From Vicugna vicugna (taxonomy: Eukaryota), in the NCBI GenBank assembly GCA_013265495.1, contig MU061045.1, positions 62,001-126,000 of the forward strand: a DNA stretch of 64,000 nucleotides. The letters are read 5' to 3'. The notes under the pieces are model-generated. The model was given only the letters and a program-made list of their open reading frames with translations, was not told the DNA's origin and did no database searches. Numbering within the stretch: the stretch's first letter is position 1; the number at the start of each line of letters is the position of its first letter. Below are positions 25,657 through 38,971 of the stretch, in pieces. A program made the position numbers and the translations under genes.

Positions 25657-26914
25657 CCGGGACCACCATGCCCGTCAAGACCAGCTCCACCCAGCCTCCT
25701 TCAGCGGTGGGGACGCTTCCTGGGGCACCCGCTGGGAAGCCACAGCTCTGCTTTCTCCAGGCCCTATCTGGGATGGGGAGCTGGAGAGGAACAAGGGTCG
25801 CTGGGGTGAGGCCCTCAGCACCCCAGTGCCCTCACCACCCTGGCGGCCCAAGGGCTGGGTGGCGGGGTGGTGGAGCACAGGCTCCAGCAAGGACAGTGGA
25901 GGAGGGCTCTCCTTCAGGTGTGTGCCCCAGGCGCCTCTCTGGCTCCCATAGGCCATCCTGCCACTATCCAGGGGACCAGGTGAGATCTCTGAGCCAGCCA
26001 CTCAGCACAGGGCTGTGCCTCTCTGCCTCAGTGTCATCTGTAAACAGAACAGCGCAACTACAGGGGTGCCTTCTCACAATGTCCGCAGAGTGACCGGCGG
26101 CCTGGGTTTACAGTGGGGCAGCAGGACCAAGGCTCAAGTGCAGGGCAAGCTCTCTGCAGGCCTGCCTGACCCCCACCTGGGCTCCTCATCACCCACCAGA
26201 GCCCCGAGCCTCCTACCCAGCCCACCCAGCCTGAGCCCCATCCCTCTTCCAGACTTGTGCCCATGGGGGCTCCCTGAAGCCATCAGACATCTGTGGTCCA
26301 AGCTTGCTGTTCTGGCTCTTGGCTGGCCCTTGCAGAGGGCTCCTGCCCCAGTCTGAACACACAGCAGGCTTTCCAAGGCTAGGGGTGGTGGCTCCCTTGG
26401 CCCAAGGCTCTTGGTGCAGGATCCTTGGCCAAGCAGGGGACCTTTGAGCCTGCAGACCAGCTCTGAGAGGGTGTTGAGAAGGGCTACCTAAGACAGGTAC
26501 CCCTGCTTTCTCGGCACAAATCCCATCACTGGTTGTACCTTCATATCTCAAGCCTGTCCATCTGTCTGTCCACTGCCCAAGGGCTCTTGCCAGGCTCTGC
26601 CTCCCTACCCCCCACATCCATATGCTTCTGCTGAGACAAGACGCTCTGCGGACGGAGACCCTGCCACAGGTCCTATCACCACCCTGCATGCCCCAGACCC
26701 TCCCAGTCCCCTGTTCCCACCCTCCTCCTCCTGCAGGAAGCTCCCTCTGGCCCCCTCCCTGCTGCAGCCCTGCAGATACCCTCCCCTCAACCCCCGCCAC
26801 TTACTGGTGTTGACTACTGTCCCTCCTCTGCATTTGTGGAGTTCTGGGCCTGCTGGAGTCCCACAAGGTGGAAGCCACATTCTTCCCTTGGGCGCACATC
26901 CCCATCTGGGTGAG

Positions 26915-27170
26915 TGAATAGTGGGGTCCTAGGGGCAGGAAGACCTGAGTTCGAATCCTGGCCCAGTGCTTCCTTGCCTGGACCCAGTTTCCCCATCTGT
27001 AAAATGGGGTGTTAGGCTGACCCCAGGCTCCTAGTGAGAGTCACTGAGATGATGGGGTATAGCCAACACTGGGGAGAGGCTGGCGGTTATCAGGACTGCT
27101 AATAAAGGCACGTAGTTCTGCGTGGGACGAGATCTATGTGAACACTTAAGCCAAAATGTGAGGTGTCCCA
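26915..27170 (+). mobile_element. MIR with intact B box
   Basis: cctgagttcgaatcctgg...ccagtttccccatctgtaaaatggggt...gtgagagtcactgagatgat. Confidence 0.75.
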
Positions 27171-30100
27171 GAAACATATTCTGAGCCAAAGCTGATTCCT
27201 GAGCCGCAGACCTCAGGCTCAGAGCGACAGCTGCTGCCTTGGGTGGAAAGGCGCAGTGGGCTGCAGACTCCCAACCACACCCCCCAGCCCCCGATGCACA
27301 CGCACACTCCCAGCCTCGGGGGAGGGGGTCTTTCTTGCCTTTGGCCCAGGACCTGATTTCTCCCCATGATCCCACCCTGACTTCAAGGCCCTCCCCTCAG
27401 GCCCCCAAATGAGCCACGTCCACAAAGGAAGACTGGACTGAGGCTTGGAACAATCTGGAAAACACTGGAGAGCCAAGGGGAGAGAGCCCCCACCCCTGCA
27501 ATCTCCCGGAGATGGCCTCCCAGCCTCAGCCCAGACCCTCCCGCCTGTCTGTGCTGCTGTGTTTCATTTTAACGAGGCTAACTTGGCGATGTCCCCAGGC
27601 CTAGATACCAGGAGAGGGGACGTGTCCCCAGGCCATCAGCCATGACAGGAAGCCTCGTGGTCCTCAGTCCCAGGGCTGGGAGGCGGGCTGCTGGCCAAGG
27701 AGGGACACAGAGCAGGGCTGGCCTCTGGAGATGCAGGCAGCCTGTCCTCTGGGCAGGTGGGGGGCAGACTTCTGGGGGCCATGACCACCTGCCCGGGCCG
27801 ACGGCACCCTGGTGTAAGAGTTCATCACAATGGAGCACACCCAACCTTCTGGAAGGGGGAAAGACGTTATGGTCAGCTCACAGCTCTGAGCAGTCAGGGT
27901 TTTGAAGTATAGTTAACAGCATCAGAAATGCCCAGGAGGGACTCTGGCAGCCGATGCAAATTGCAGACATGATGGTGCCAGTGGGTTGGGGACAGGTGAG
28001 CACACATCGTTGGGTGGGAGCGTGTCTGTGTCCAGGGCACCATGGGACGCCCTCGGGTCAGGGAGAATAGTGCCTAGCTGGGGATCTGGCCTCATCTAGA
28101 AGAGACTTAGCCCTGCAGGTTGGCCTCACCAGGTACCCTCTGGTTCCCTGCAGGACGTGGAGTGGGCAGGATGGGTGTCCAGACATGCTGATCTCACCTC
28201 AAGACAGGTAGGTGACCTGAGCTTGGCCTGGACGTCCAGCCCCTCCTCACACACAGGTGGTGGGCCGGGCAGTGTGGTCCACGGAGGGAAGGCCCTGAGT
28301 GGTGTGTGCTTCAGGTCAGCCTCACCATGGGTGGGCACAGCACCCTGGGCTGGCAGGGCTGGACCTGGGCCTTCCTGCCACACCTGCTTGTATTCACTGG
28401 GGCCTGGGTGTGGGGACAGCAGACACTGGTTGGACGCCTGGCTTGAGGGATGAGCTTGTGGTGGGGGCAGCCCACTTGGACGTTCGCTGGGGCTAATCCA
28501 CACCTTCCTTGACCTGGACACCTGGTGTCACACAACCTCTCAGCTCAGGGTGGTCCCTGCTGCCCTGGGGAGGCTGGAGTCTCCAGTGGGGACAGGTGAT
28601 GGGCCCACATGCTAGGTACCAGGAGGAGGGCACTGAGGCCAGGAGGAGGCTTTGTCTGAAAGGGCCAAATAGTAACTAGTTAGTTCTGTGGGCCCTGTGG
28701 TCTCTGGCGCACACGGCCACATTAGTTCATGGCGTGGGGGGAGCAGCCATGAACAACATGTAACCGAGGGGCTGTGACTTCTCTGACCATAGCCAGGGCC
28801 CTGGGTGCTGGCCCCACCCTGTGGGCTCCTCTGCTGATCACAGTGCCAGCAGCACTGAGGTCTGGTGCCTGGGAAGTGTGGCATGGACATAGGCTGAGTG
28901 GTGCTTGTGTCCCCTGGGACCTTATGTGGGGGGCAGTATGCCCGCTGGCCCTGGCTGTCAGTTTGCTGCGATGCCTGATTTGCAGAGTGTGGTGGCTTCC
29001 CCAGTCCGGTCCTCTGCCCCTGCCCTACCTGACACCGTCTCCTCGGGGGGCTCGGCATCCCTGAGCATCCAGTGTGGAGGGCCTGCCCCTGCCTGTGCCG
29101 CACTTGGGTGGTGGCAAGAAGGCAGTGGCCACAGACTCAGGAGCCTCCAGATGCCTGAGTGTCCTATGTCCAGGGCTCTGAGACAGAGCAGAGGGCCAGG
29201 GGCCACACTCCTTCCTGTCTGTTCCCTGTTCCTCCCTCCCTGCCTTGTGGTCCTGGTTTCTTCTGTTTCACTCTGGGCCCCTCTCTCTCCTGTCTCTGGC
29301 CTGCCCTCATATCTGCCGTGGGCATCAGAGGGACCATCTCTGCTCTGCCCACACCGAGGGGCGTGGAGAGGGGGCCTTGGGACTGAGTTGGTTCCAGGGC
29401 AGACAGGAAGCCCCCATGTGTCTCCATACCCACCTCTGGCCATTTAGCACCTGCCCAGACCTTGTGACCGCATTAGGCCGAGCTCCCCACCCCACCCTGT
29501 GGAGTCCCCTGCCTGGCAGAGAGGGCAGCACACAGAGAGAAGTGCTGGTGTGGACTGAAGGACAGGGACGAAGGCGGGGCTCCCCTAGAAGGGGGAGCCA
29601 GGAGGAAGCGGGGGGTCACTGAGCTCGGCTGCACCTCTGAGGCCCACACGGGGCTTCCCAGGGCCGCGTTCCTGCGTCAGGGCAGCCGTGAGTTCTTCCT
29701 TGACTGATGGCGGCTGTGGGTTCTTTTCGGCCCTTTAATTTTTGCTCATGACGGGGGTCGTGTCCAGAGATGTTCCATGTTTTGTGCTGGAATCTGGAGT
29801 TTTTCTTCTTCTAGTCCTTCCACACATGCCCTCCTGCCACATGGCTGGGTAAGTGCACCTCCGTCTTTTCTGCAGGTGTTTCCACGTTAGCGTTTACACT
29901 TGGGGGCTCACCCATCTAGAATTTACTGATGTGAACGTGAGGTGAGGGTTGAACTTTCTTTTTGTGGTTGTATCTGAACTATTCTTGACTGACGTTTTCT
30001 GTCACCAGAAACAGGAGATGTGACATTCTGTGTCCTCAGGTTCAAGGTCCCTGTAGCGGTCGCCCGCGGCCCCATTAAAAAGATGGTGTCAGGGCCTCCC

Positions 30101-33100
30101 CTTGACCAGTCTCTGTTCTCGGAGGTCGCGGTCGTCCTGCGCACTGAGTCTGCAGGCTCGTGCCTGTCCATGCCGATGGGGTCTCCTCCCCGGGACTCGG
30201 TGTGCAGGCCCACGCACATCCTGCCCTGGTTTCCCTGAGCCTCACAGTCCGTCTGAGCATCTTTGGTTACTGAGAACAGTAACCAAAGGGAGGCCCCTCA
30301 GAGTGATCCAGGCCCCTCTTTGGCATCCGGCTTGTGAACACACAGCTCCCTATGAGGGGATGTCCCTGCGCCACCCTGCAGGGAGGGCGTGGATCTCCTG
30401 ATGTGGCGTCGTGGTCTGTCCCACGCAGCTGTCCCTGGCCCAAGTGGCTGTGTCATGCTGTGGGGGGCGAACAGGTACCACCAGGCTGGGTATGTGCACA
30501 TGTCCTGTTTGTGTCTCTGCCTGGGGCTGGCGGCCCACTCTGCCTGCCTTGTGGTGATCTTGCCTGCTTTGCTGGCCGGCCGCCTTCTCGGCTGTGAGCG
30601 ACTCTCAGCCAGGCATCCTGGGGCCTCTATGATTGGACTCTTGGGTCATCCTCCTGTGGGCTCAGCGTGAGAGGCAGGAGCCACAGCCCCAGGGAAGCCC
30701 CAAGCCCCTTCCTGCCCGCAGCCCGTGCTGCTCCGCTGGGGCAGGAAGAGGAACATTCCCCCAAGCAGGCCTCAGGCTTGGACCTGGCCCTGCGGGCTGC
30801 ACTCAGGGCTCAGTGCAGGGGCGCCCTGTGCCCTGGTGACTCACGGCCGGTGGCATGGCTATGCAGCAGGGCCAGCCACGCTGGGCAGTCTCTGCAGGCC
30901 CACAGCGGCCGTCTGGTGTGTTGACCCTGGCCACCAGCCTCATTGCACCCCTCAGCTCTTCCCTGGGGCCTCTAGCGGCCACTGCAGTCACAGTCAGCAT
31001 CAGGCTGTTCCCTGGCTCTGCTTCGTCCCCTGCCTGGGCTGTCACCTGGGCGGTTGGGCTGCTAAGTGGCCTTTCGCCGGGCCCTGGGCGTCCATCCCCT
31101 GTTGCAGCATGGCCCTCAGCTGGGGCGCCTGGCATCGTCAGCCCATCCCTGCGAGTTAGGTCCTGTGCTGGGGGGACGCCCGAGGCCCCCCTTCTCTCAC
31201 CAGTGTCGGGTTGGGGAGGAGGCACCCCACCCCCCAGCACATCTTGCCAGCTTGACGCTTGCAATTGATGGGTTTGGTATTTCAAACATGCCTTTAGTTA
31301 AACTTTTCCTTTTCCAAGTGCTTTCACTCTCTGTGGAACCCTAATTAGGCCACCATCCGTCTGAATGTACTTGCTGCTCTCTGCATTTTGCAGGGTAACG
31401 AGACCTGCCCTTCACTCTGTGCCCTGGAGGGCGGTTCAGGGGCCCCTGGGCCACAGTGCTGGGGGGACACCGAGGTTACAGGTGGGGACACTGAGGCCTG
31501 GGGGACAAATCATCTCTGAAAGTCCCGGAACCTCCAGCGATGTTTCCTTAAGGAAGTCCAGAGCTGGGCTTAACTCTTGCAGGCTCTCAGGTGAAGCGGG
31601 GAAGTGAGGCATCCTGTTAAAAGAGCTGCCAGCTGTTCCTTGTGTAGAAGAGCGCCTACAGCCCAAGCGGCGAAGGGTGGGCGGCAGGTTGCTGTGGATG
31701 GACGACACCCAGCCCCTCCGGGATGTGGACAGCCCGGCGGGCAGCAGGGTTCAGACCTCAGTGTGGCCAGGTCTCAGCTGCTTTCCGGGCAGAAAGCTCG
31801 GGTTCCAAGGCAGCGCTCACAGCCCTGCGAGAGGCCTTCGCTGTTGAGGGCAGTTCCCGGCGTTTCCTGTGTCCTGTCTGTCTCCCTGAGGGAATTCCTG
31901 TCCTGGGGGATCCATTCTCCTCCACTCCTGCCTTCCCGCTTTTGGTGGCTTTCTACCCTTTTCTGCGGGTTGGGCCAGACTGCCGTGGGTTTGGTCTGCT
32001 GCCCCGCAGAGCGTCCAGGCTGCCGTGTTTGCCTCTCAGCCCCCGCAACCCTCCATGTTCAGCTCACCCTTCTCCTCATGCTTTGTTCCCAGCTCACCCA
32101 CTCAGTGCCGGCTCTAACCTCTTGAGGATACATATCAGCTGTTCCCTGACATTCGTGCCAGTAAACGGCAGCTCTCCCGGGTCCCCCAAGGGCAGCAGGT
32201 TCTTCCTTGGGAACTGGGCTCCGGGGCAGGTCTGTGCAGGCTGGGGGCTTCTGTCCAGGGTCCTGGCCGTGCCCCCCCCCATCACACAGAGACCACCATG
32301 TGGACCGGAAGTTGGGCACTGCAGCTGTGGAGTCAGGGGCCTCCCTGGTCTCAGAGGTCTCGGTGGGGCAGCCTTGCCAGGTGTCCAGGACAGTGCAGCG
32401 TCTGCCCCGGACGCTGACCCTCCAGGAGCCCTATTCCTACCTCTCCCACTACAGGGACCTGTCAGGACTTTCAGGACACCCACCACCATTTTCTGGGGTA
32501 GGTGAAACCCCAGAGTGTGGCCGGGCGTGGGGTGCCCGTGGAGATGTGTGTGGGTGGCTGCATGTGTGTGCCTTCGGGTGGGATTTAGGAGGTCAGGAAA
32601 TGGTCGGCGTGCCTGCTGCAGCGTTCCCACTTCCCTTTGGCGGTAGCTGGGCACAAAGGCAGGCCCAGCTCCCAGCAGGCTCTCCTAGTGTGGGTGTGGG
32701 TTGGGGGAAGCAGGCAGGGACACTGCCAGGCCCAAGTCTGCACTGGGTGGGGGTAGGGTGGAGCCCCCTGCCCGGTCCCACTGGATTATTTGCATATAAA
32801 AGGCGGGACTTTGCTGTCTGCTGGAGGCTGGTGGTGTCTGGACCTGTTGCTATGGGCACTCCTGGCTTCTGGAGGCCCAAGCTGGCTCCCAGGCAAGGGA
32901 AGCGGTCAGGAACAGAGGGATTGGTGCCCAGTTCAGCTTCTGGGAGGGAGTGGGAGGCCCTAGGAGCCTGGGAGGAGCCACTGCTGGCTGGAGGCCACAT
33001 GGGACCCTGGGCAGGGGCAGACCAGAGGGGAGCTGGCCCTGTGATGCTGTGGGCCGGGAGGGAGGCTGGAAGGGCCCGGAACCTCCCTCCCCAGGACATG

Positions 33101-36100
33101 CTCTGGTCTCTCACCCACACTCACCTTTGATCCATCCAGGGCCAGGTGGCCACAGCCACCCTGCCTCTGCCCATGGCAGCTGGAGGGTCTTCCTGACACC
33201 TGTCACCCCCCTGGGCTTGGGCACTGTGCCCACAGGGAGTCTCCCTGCTTGGGCCCCAGTGTGTTCCCAACCAGGGAACAAGTGACCAGTTTCCCACTTA
33301 CCAGGGAACCTCCTTCTGGACAGCGAGGCCGCGGGCTGTCTCTGTTGGGAGCCCCTCCCCCAGGGCTGTGGGAGGTGGCCCTCTATTGCTGACCACGGTC
33401 TGTGCGGGCAGGTCCCTGTGCCCAGAAGTGTCAGCAGCTCCCAGGAATGCCGGTGGGGAGCAGGCGGGAGGGGGAGGGGGGCCCTGCAGGGTGCAGGGGC
33501 CCTTGCCTGCTGACCATGGGGGGTGCTGCTGTGGCAAGGTTGGCCCCTTGACAGCCCCCCGGGCCCTGCATGGATCTGCCCACAAAAGGCTAGATCTCTC
33601 CTGGGGCCCCTCTGCCCCATGCTGCTGCCCGGGGGCCATGACCCCCACTCTGGGGGCTCGGGTAACAAAGCTCCAGTGGGTCAGACGGAGGTCACTGGGA
33701 GGGCTGCCCGGGCAGGGCGCCCAGCATGTCGGGGCGCTGCCAAGTGCATGGTCAGCAGTGGCAGGACCCGCAGACTGGGACAGGGGGGGCTCAAGGATGG
33801 GGTGAGCTTCCCTGACCACAAGGCGGGGGTGTTAATGGGGCAATGCGCTGGGGTAAAAGAGGCGGCTTTGCACTGAGTCCCTGTCACCATGCTCAGGACC
33901 CACATTGCCCTCGGGGTCCCATCTCCCCACCCCTGAAGCAAGCCAGGCTGTAGAGAGTTTCCCTCTTGTCCAGGTCTGTCCCCAGGTGGTGGCTGCAGCA
34001 AGGCTGTCCCAGGCCACCCAGCTGGGCAGCTGCATTCCTCCAGGGCAGGGGGGCAGAGAGGGGAGCCCCTGTGACAGGGAAGGCTGTGAGTGGGCTGGGC
34101 TCAGACGCGAGGGCAGTCCCCCAGCAGACCTGGTCCCCAGCCCCCACCGTCTGACCCGCCAGCCCACTGAAGTCTCCCTGTGCCGCTTCCCGCTGGGTCC
34201 CCAGCCCGGTTTCCCATCGGCAGGGAGTTTCCCCCGCAGCCAGTGCCTCTTCCACTTGTCCAGACTGAGCTGGTTCTTGTCAAAACCGTGGGAAGACCCT
34301 GGGACGTCCCCAGGCCTCCGCAGACAACCTCCCCTGGGGGCCCTGGCTCATCCCAGGGACACTTCCATGGAAGCCAGGCAGGTGGTACCTGGGATCAGGG
34401 TCTCAGCCCCTAACCACCAGGCTGTCCTGCTTCAGCTTCCTTGGTTCTGCCACCTTGGTGGGGGCTGGGCTGAGGAGCCCTGCCTCACCCCCCAGAGACT
34501 TACTGGCCACAGACTCCCAGGGGCTGAACCCCACCGCCCCTCAAAGGGGCTTTGTGCCACCACAAAGAGGCTCTGTCCCTCCCAGAGAAGCTTGGGTGTT
34601 GCCATGGTGACAGAGGGAGCCTGGGAAGAAGGGGTCCAGCGTCTTGAGGAGAAAGGGTGTTCCTTTCTTGGTGCACACAGGCCGGTGGCCCTTGGCCCGG
34701 CCAGATAACTGGCCCGGCTGTGCTTCTGTGGGGCCCTCAGGGGCTCATGGGCCTCTTGGCTCCTTCCTGGATAGGTAGGACCTGGGCTCTCGGGCCCTGG
34801 TGCCAGGTGGATCCACTGGGTTTGGCCCCAGCCTGGCTGTGAGCCTCAGGCCCCTCCCCAGGAATGCCTCATGTGCCCTGCCTAGAGTGCGGTGGGGCGG
34901 GGCTCTGAGCCTGGGCCCCTAGAACTCCCCACATGTTGCTCTGCTGTCCCCGAGGTAGAATGGGGGGCCGGGGTGGCCACGTTCCTAGGAGCAGCCTGGA
35001 GGAGGCAGCGGGCCAGCCCACCCCACGTAGTGGGTCCTCTTACCCCCACAAGCTCCCCTCTCATGGTCTGGCTGGAGCAGGTGGGCTGCTTGTGCCACCA
35101 GAGAGCTCTGTGACTGCCAGCCCCAGTTCTCCCTGCTGGAGCCCTTGGGGTGCCCCTGGGCTGGCTGCTGCAGAGACCACAGAGGAGGTGGGTCCTCCCT
35201 GCCCAGACCCCACACTTGGAGCCTGCTGGGCATCGCCCATGGGCTGCAGCTGCAGCTGGAATCTGGGTCAGGTGCAGGAGGGGCAGCGAGGAGGCTGCCG
35301 GGAGTCCCAGCCTAGGGCCTGGAGGACTGCTGTCCATCCCCATCCCACGAATCTGCCCAGAAAGGTGGGCCCCAGGGAACCCAGGCATACCCAGAAGACG
35401 GGTATGCCGCAGTCAGCAGAGGGAGAAAGAGTCTGTGATCTGCCCCAGCAGAAATCTCAAACGGAGACCCTTTATGGGCCAATGGTGGCGCAGGCCTCCC
35501 CCTGGAGAGGGGCCGCAGCTGGGATGCTCATCTCCACCCAGCCCACCCTTCCGCCAGGGTGAGGCCTGCCTTTGCCGTATTCAGCCTGCAGGTCCCTGGG
35601 TGCTCCCTGGCCCCGGACCCAGGCTCTTGGCTCCCCAGACTTCAGGCTCCATGGGCCCCAGACGTGTCCCTGCCTTGACCTGACCCTGAGCCTCCTGCAT
35701 CAGCACCCCACAGCCCCTGGTCCCCCTGGACCACCAGTCTAGCAGCCCCCTGCCCTGGGGCTGATCAGGGCTGCCTTGGACATGGCTCACCCTTGGCCTA
35801 GGGGGCCCCAGCAGTGCAGGGCAGGAGCCCTTTGGGAAAACAAACCGTACCGCCCCTGCACAGGACAGTCATCCTCTCTGTGGTCAGCGAGTGCTGCTGG
35901 GAGTCCATGGGAACAGTTTGGGGGCAGGAGGGGGTCACTGAGTGACCACTTCTGTCCATCCCCCACCTCCACGGTGTCTGATCCAGGTGCTACAGGGGTC
36001 CCTCTTGCGCTGGGGAATTCTCATTTCCAGGCTGAATTCAATTACAGTTCTCCCAGCTCTGTGAAACCCTGCTGCTCTCCTCTGGTGGCAATGGCACCAC

Positions 36101-36369
36101 CCAGGCCCCTGGGAGAGTTTCCTGGCCTCACAGTCCCTTGCCTGGCCTGCTGGGCAGATGTCTGCTCTCCCGTGTCACCTACATTCTGGCTACAGCAGTA
36201 GCTCGTGCAGCTAGAACACTGGCATGTGCAGAACCCTGGACCTGCTGCAGCCTGAAGGCTGGGGCCCTCCACCCAGAGCACTGCTGCGCAGCCACACCCT
36301 CCTTCCACTCTGTGTGTGTGACACACGTGTGCGTGCATACATGTTGACTCTTTCCACACTCATCCTTTG

Positions 36370-36830
36370 CACCTCACCCTCTGGACCACACACCTTGCTT
36401 ATGACCTTTGCCCACCTAGAGTTGGGGTTTGGTTTTTCCTACTGACTCGTAAGAGCACTTTATAGATGAAGGATGTCACTTTTCTGCCAGATACTGTAAA
36501 GAATTGATCCCAGTGTGTTGATGGTATTTTGTTTTTTTTGTCTTTTTCTCCTACTTTCCATCATGGAAAATTATAAATGTACAACAGTAGAGTAGTGTGA
36601 CGTGTGCCCACGTGCCAGCAGGCTCCTGTGGTCGGAGTCGAGTCTAGAGGTGCGGTCACGCTTGTCTTTCGTCTGAAGCGCTCGCTCCATGTGAAAAGCA
36701 GAAGCCACGACCACAACATGTGGTCCTTTTGGGATGTTCAGAAATATTTCATTCTCACAGAGGCGATCTGGCCCTTTTTCCTTGGCGGTTTCTTCCACTG
36801 CTTTATGGTCGAGAACAGACCCTTCCTGTC
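36370..36830 (-). mobile_element. Degenerate L1 fragments
   Basis: T-rich L1-antisense-like segments (atgacctttgcccac, aagagcactttatagat, ttccatcatggaaaattataaatgtaca); approximate. Confidence 0.55.
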
Positions 36831-37589
36831 TAGTCCCCCAGGCCCTACACTGACTGTGGGTGACCCTGCAGTCCTGGCTGGGATGAATGGATGCACCCCA
36901 CTCAGTGGGAACCCCACACCCCAGGCCTCTGGCTGCGGCCCTGCCCCCAGCCTTGGCCCAGTGCCCGTCCTTGTGGGCTCAGCCAGAAACTACCCCCACG
37001 GCCGTGGGCATTGTCTGACCACAGCAGGGCTGACGGGGTGAAGATGAGCCCTCTCCAGGCCTGGTCAGTGGTGTGGGGAGCAGGTCTCTATGCTGGCAGC
37101 ACAGGGGGACTTGGTGCCCTCCCAGAAGGGTGGGCTCCCATGCCCCTGGGCCTGGGTTCTGCTCCTGCACCATCTCCTCGTCCAGTGGGCTGGGGGTCTG
37201 GTGTGTGAAGGGGGCTCAGCTCGCAGCCAGTCCCCTCCCTTCCCTAGTGGAGGACAGGCACAGTGGGCGGTGTGCCCACAGATGGCCGTGGAGGGTCAGC
37301 TCTGGAGCCCAGGCCTCCCCCTGCCTCCCCTGCCGGCCTGACCCTTAGGAAATTCCTCTAATTCCTCAACCCAGATTGGACTCGGTCCCCATAATTTGAT
37401 TTTCTGGAGCTGGGTTTGGCCGGACTCCTTCTGAGGAGGAATGTCTAGTTCAGCAGGAAGTCGTCAAGTGTGGGCAGGGTTTCAGGGGAGGGTCAGCGTC
37501 TCCCCAGCTCCTCCGAGGTGCCTGCGCTTTCCTGGGGGAGCGAGCATTGGCCATAGCAGTGCCCCCAGGAGCTCCCTCTTTCCAGGACT

Positions 37590-37810
37590 GTTTCACAGCC
37601 TCGTTCCTGCCCTCCCTTCCATCCACCTAACTGTCCATTCACTCATCCTCCGCTGGCCTCCCGTTCTTCCCCCCGCCCGCTGCCCATGTGCCCACCCACC
37701 CTCTCCCACAAGCACCCCCTCACCGGCCTCCTACCCTTCATCCTCCATCCACTCACCAGTCCATCCACCTGTCCACTCCTGGGGTGCCCAGGCCTGGACC
37801 CCTGCCCCAG
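37590..37810 (-). mobile_element. Possible L2 3'-end fragment
   Basis: ccatccac/ccattcactc-type repeats followed by gtgcccaggcctgg. Confidence 0.4.
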
Positions 37811-38761
37811 GATAGGCGAGGCTCATCTCTGTCTTCTTGCTAAATCCACTCCGCGGGTGACAGACGAGTGTGGTAAGGGCTCAGGAAGTCAGGCTGGGGT
37901 CTGGGTAGGGGCGAGGGGTCAGCCCAGCAGGCAGCGTGGGGCCCTGACAGGGAATAGAGGCTGTGAAGGCATCTGCCAGGAAGGAGAGTGAGGGTCACTG
38001 AGGTCCTGCACATGGCTCTGCCAGCCCCAGGCCCCCAATGGCCACAGCAGAAGTGAGTCTGAGCTTACCTCTGCCCCATCATCTTTGAAGTCTCATGATC
38101 TGTCTTAAAAGTTCATGCATATTTTGCCTTCCATGTTATCTCATATTTATTGCTTTTAATATAAAAATAGCGTTTTCAGTTGCCATCAGAAAATTTATCC
38201 TCTGGGGCACTGGGGACCCACGAATGGCACCGTGTCGGGGAATGGGCCTAGGTCTTCCCTGCTTCTGGATGACCCCCCCCAGAAGGTGTCAGTGGCCTGT
38301 CTCCCAGCCACCCCAGTGCTGCCCTCCAGGCCACCAAGGGCATGAGGCTTCGGCCTGCCAGCTTGGTGCCTCCATCCTCAGGCAGACAGAGCTGGGGCCC
38401 CAGCCCCGGAGTCTGCTCTCTTGTGGACAGCTGTGGGACCCTCCCCCACACTGGCCTCTTCCCTCCCTGGGCGTTGGTTTTCCTAGCTGTCATGGTCTGG
38501 GGCTCTGCTGGGCCCCACAGGAAGCAGGGAGCCTGGGTCAGAGCTCCACACGCCACAGGGAGGGAGCCTGCTGCTTCCGGCCAGCCTTGGATTAATGGCT
38601 TTTAATTTAGGATTTAATCAATGTGGCTTCTCTCCAGAGGGCTGGATGCTCTGGTCTGGGAGTGAATCGTAAGATCTGTGAGTAGGGTGGGCGGAGGGCC
38701 TCCGCCCTGGCCCCACCCTGGCCTTGCTCTGCTTTGCCTGCAGCCAGCCAGCATCCTGGTC

Positions 38762-38971
38762 ATGGAGGACTGCAGTGTGCACTCGGCTGCCAGCATCCTG
38801 GCCTCGGTGAAGGAGCAGGAGGCACGCTTCGAGCGGCTGACTCGGGCGCTGGAGCAGGAGCGGCGCCATGTGGCCCTGCAGCTGGAGCGTGCCCAGCAGC
38901 CTGGTGTGGGCAGTGGTGGCATGGGCAGTGGGCAGCCCCTGCCGATGGCCTGGCAACAGCTTGTCCTACAG
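38762..38971 (+). CDS. ARVCF: ARVCF coding exon 1 (coiled coil); exon acceptor at 38743/38744
   Basis: gtcATGg strong Kozak; CTACAG|gtaaca; 210 nt. Confidence 0.95.

Noticed and set aside
38040-38210. AT-rich island upstream of the ARVCF start exon
   Set aside because: Could be an old transposon fragment or a conserved element; I cannot assign it without a repeat or conservation search
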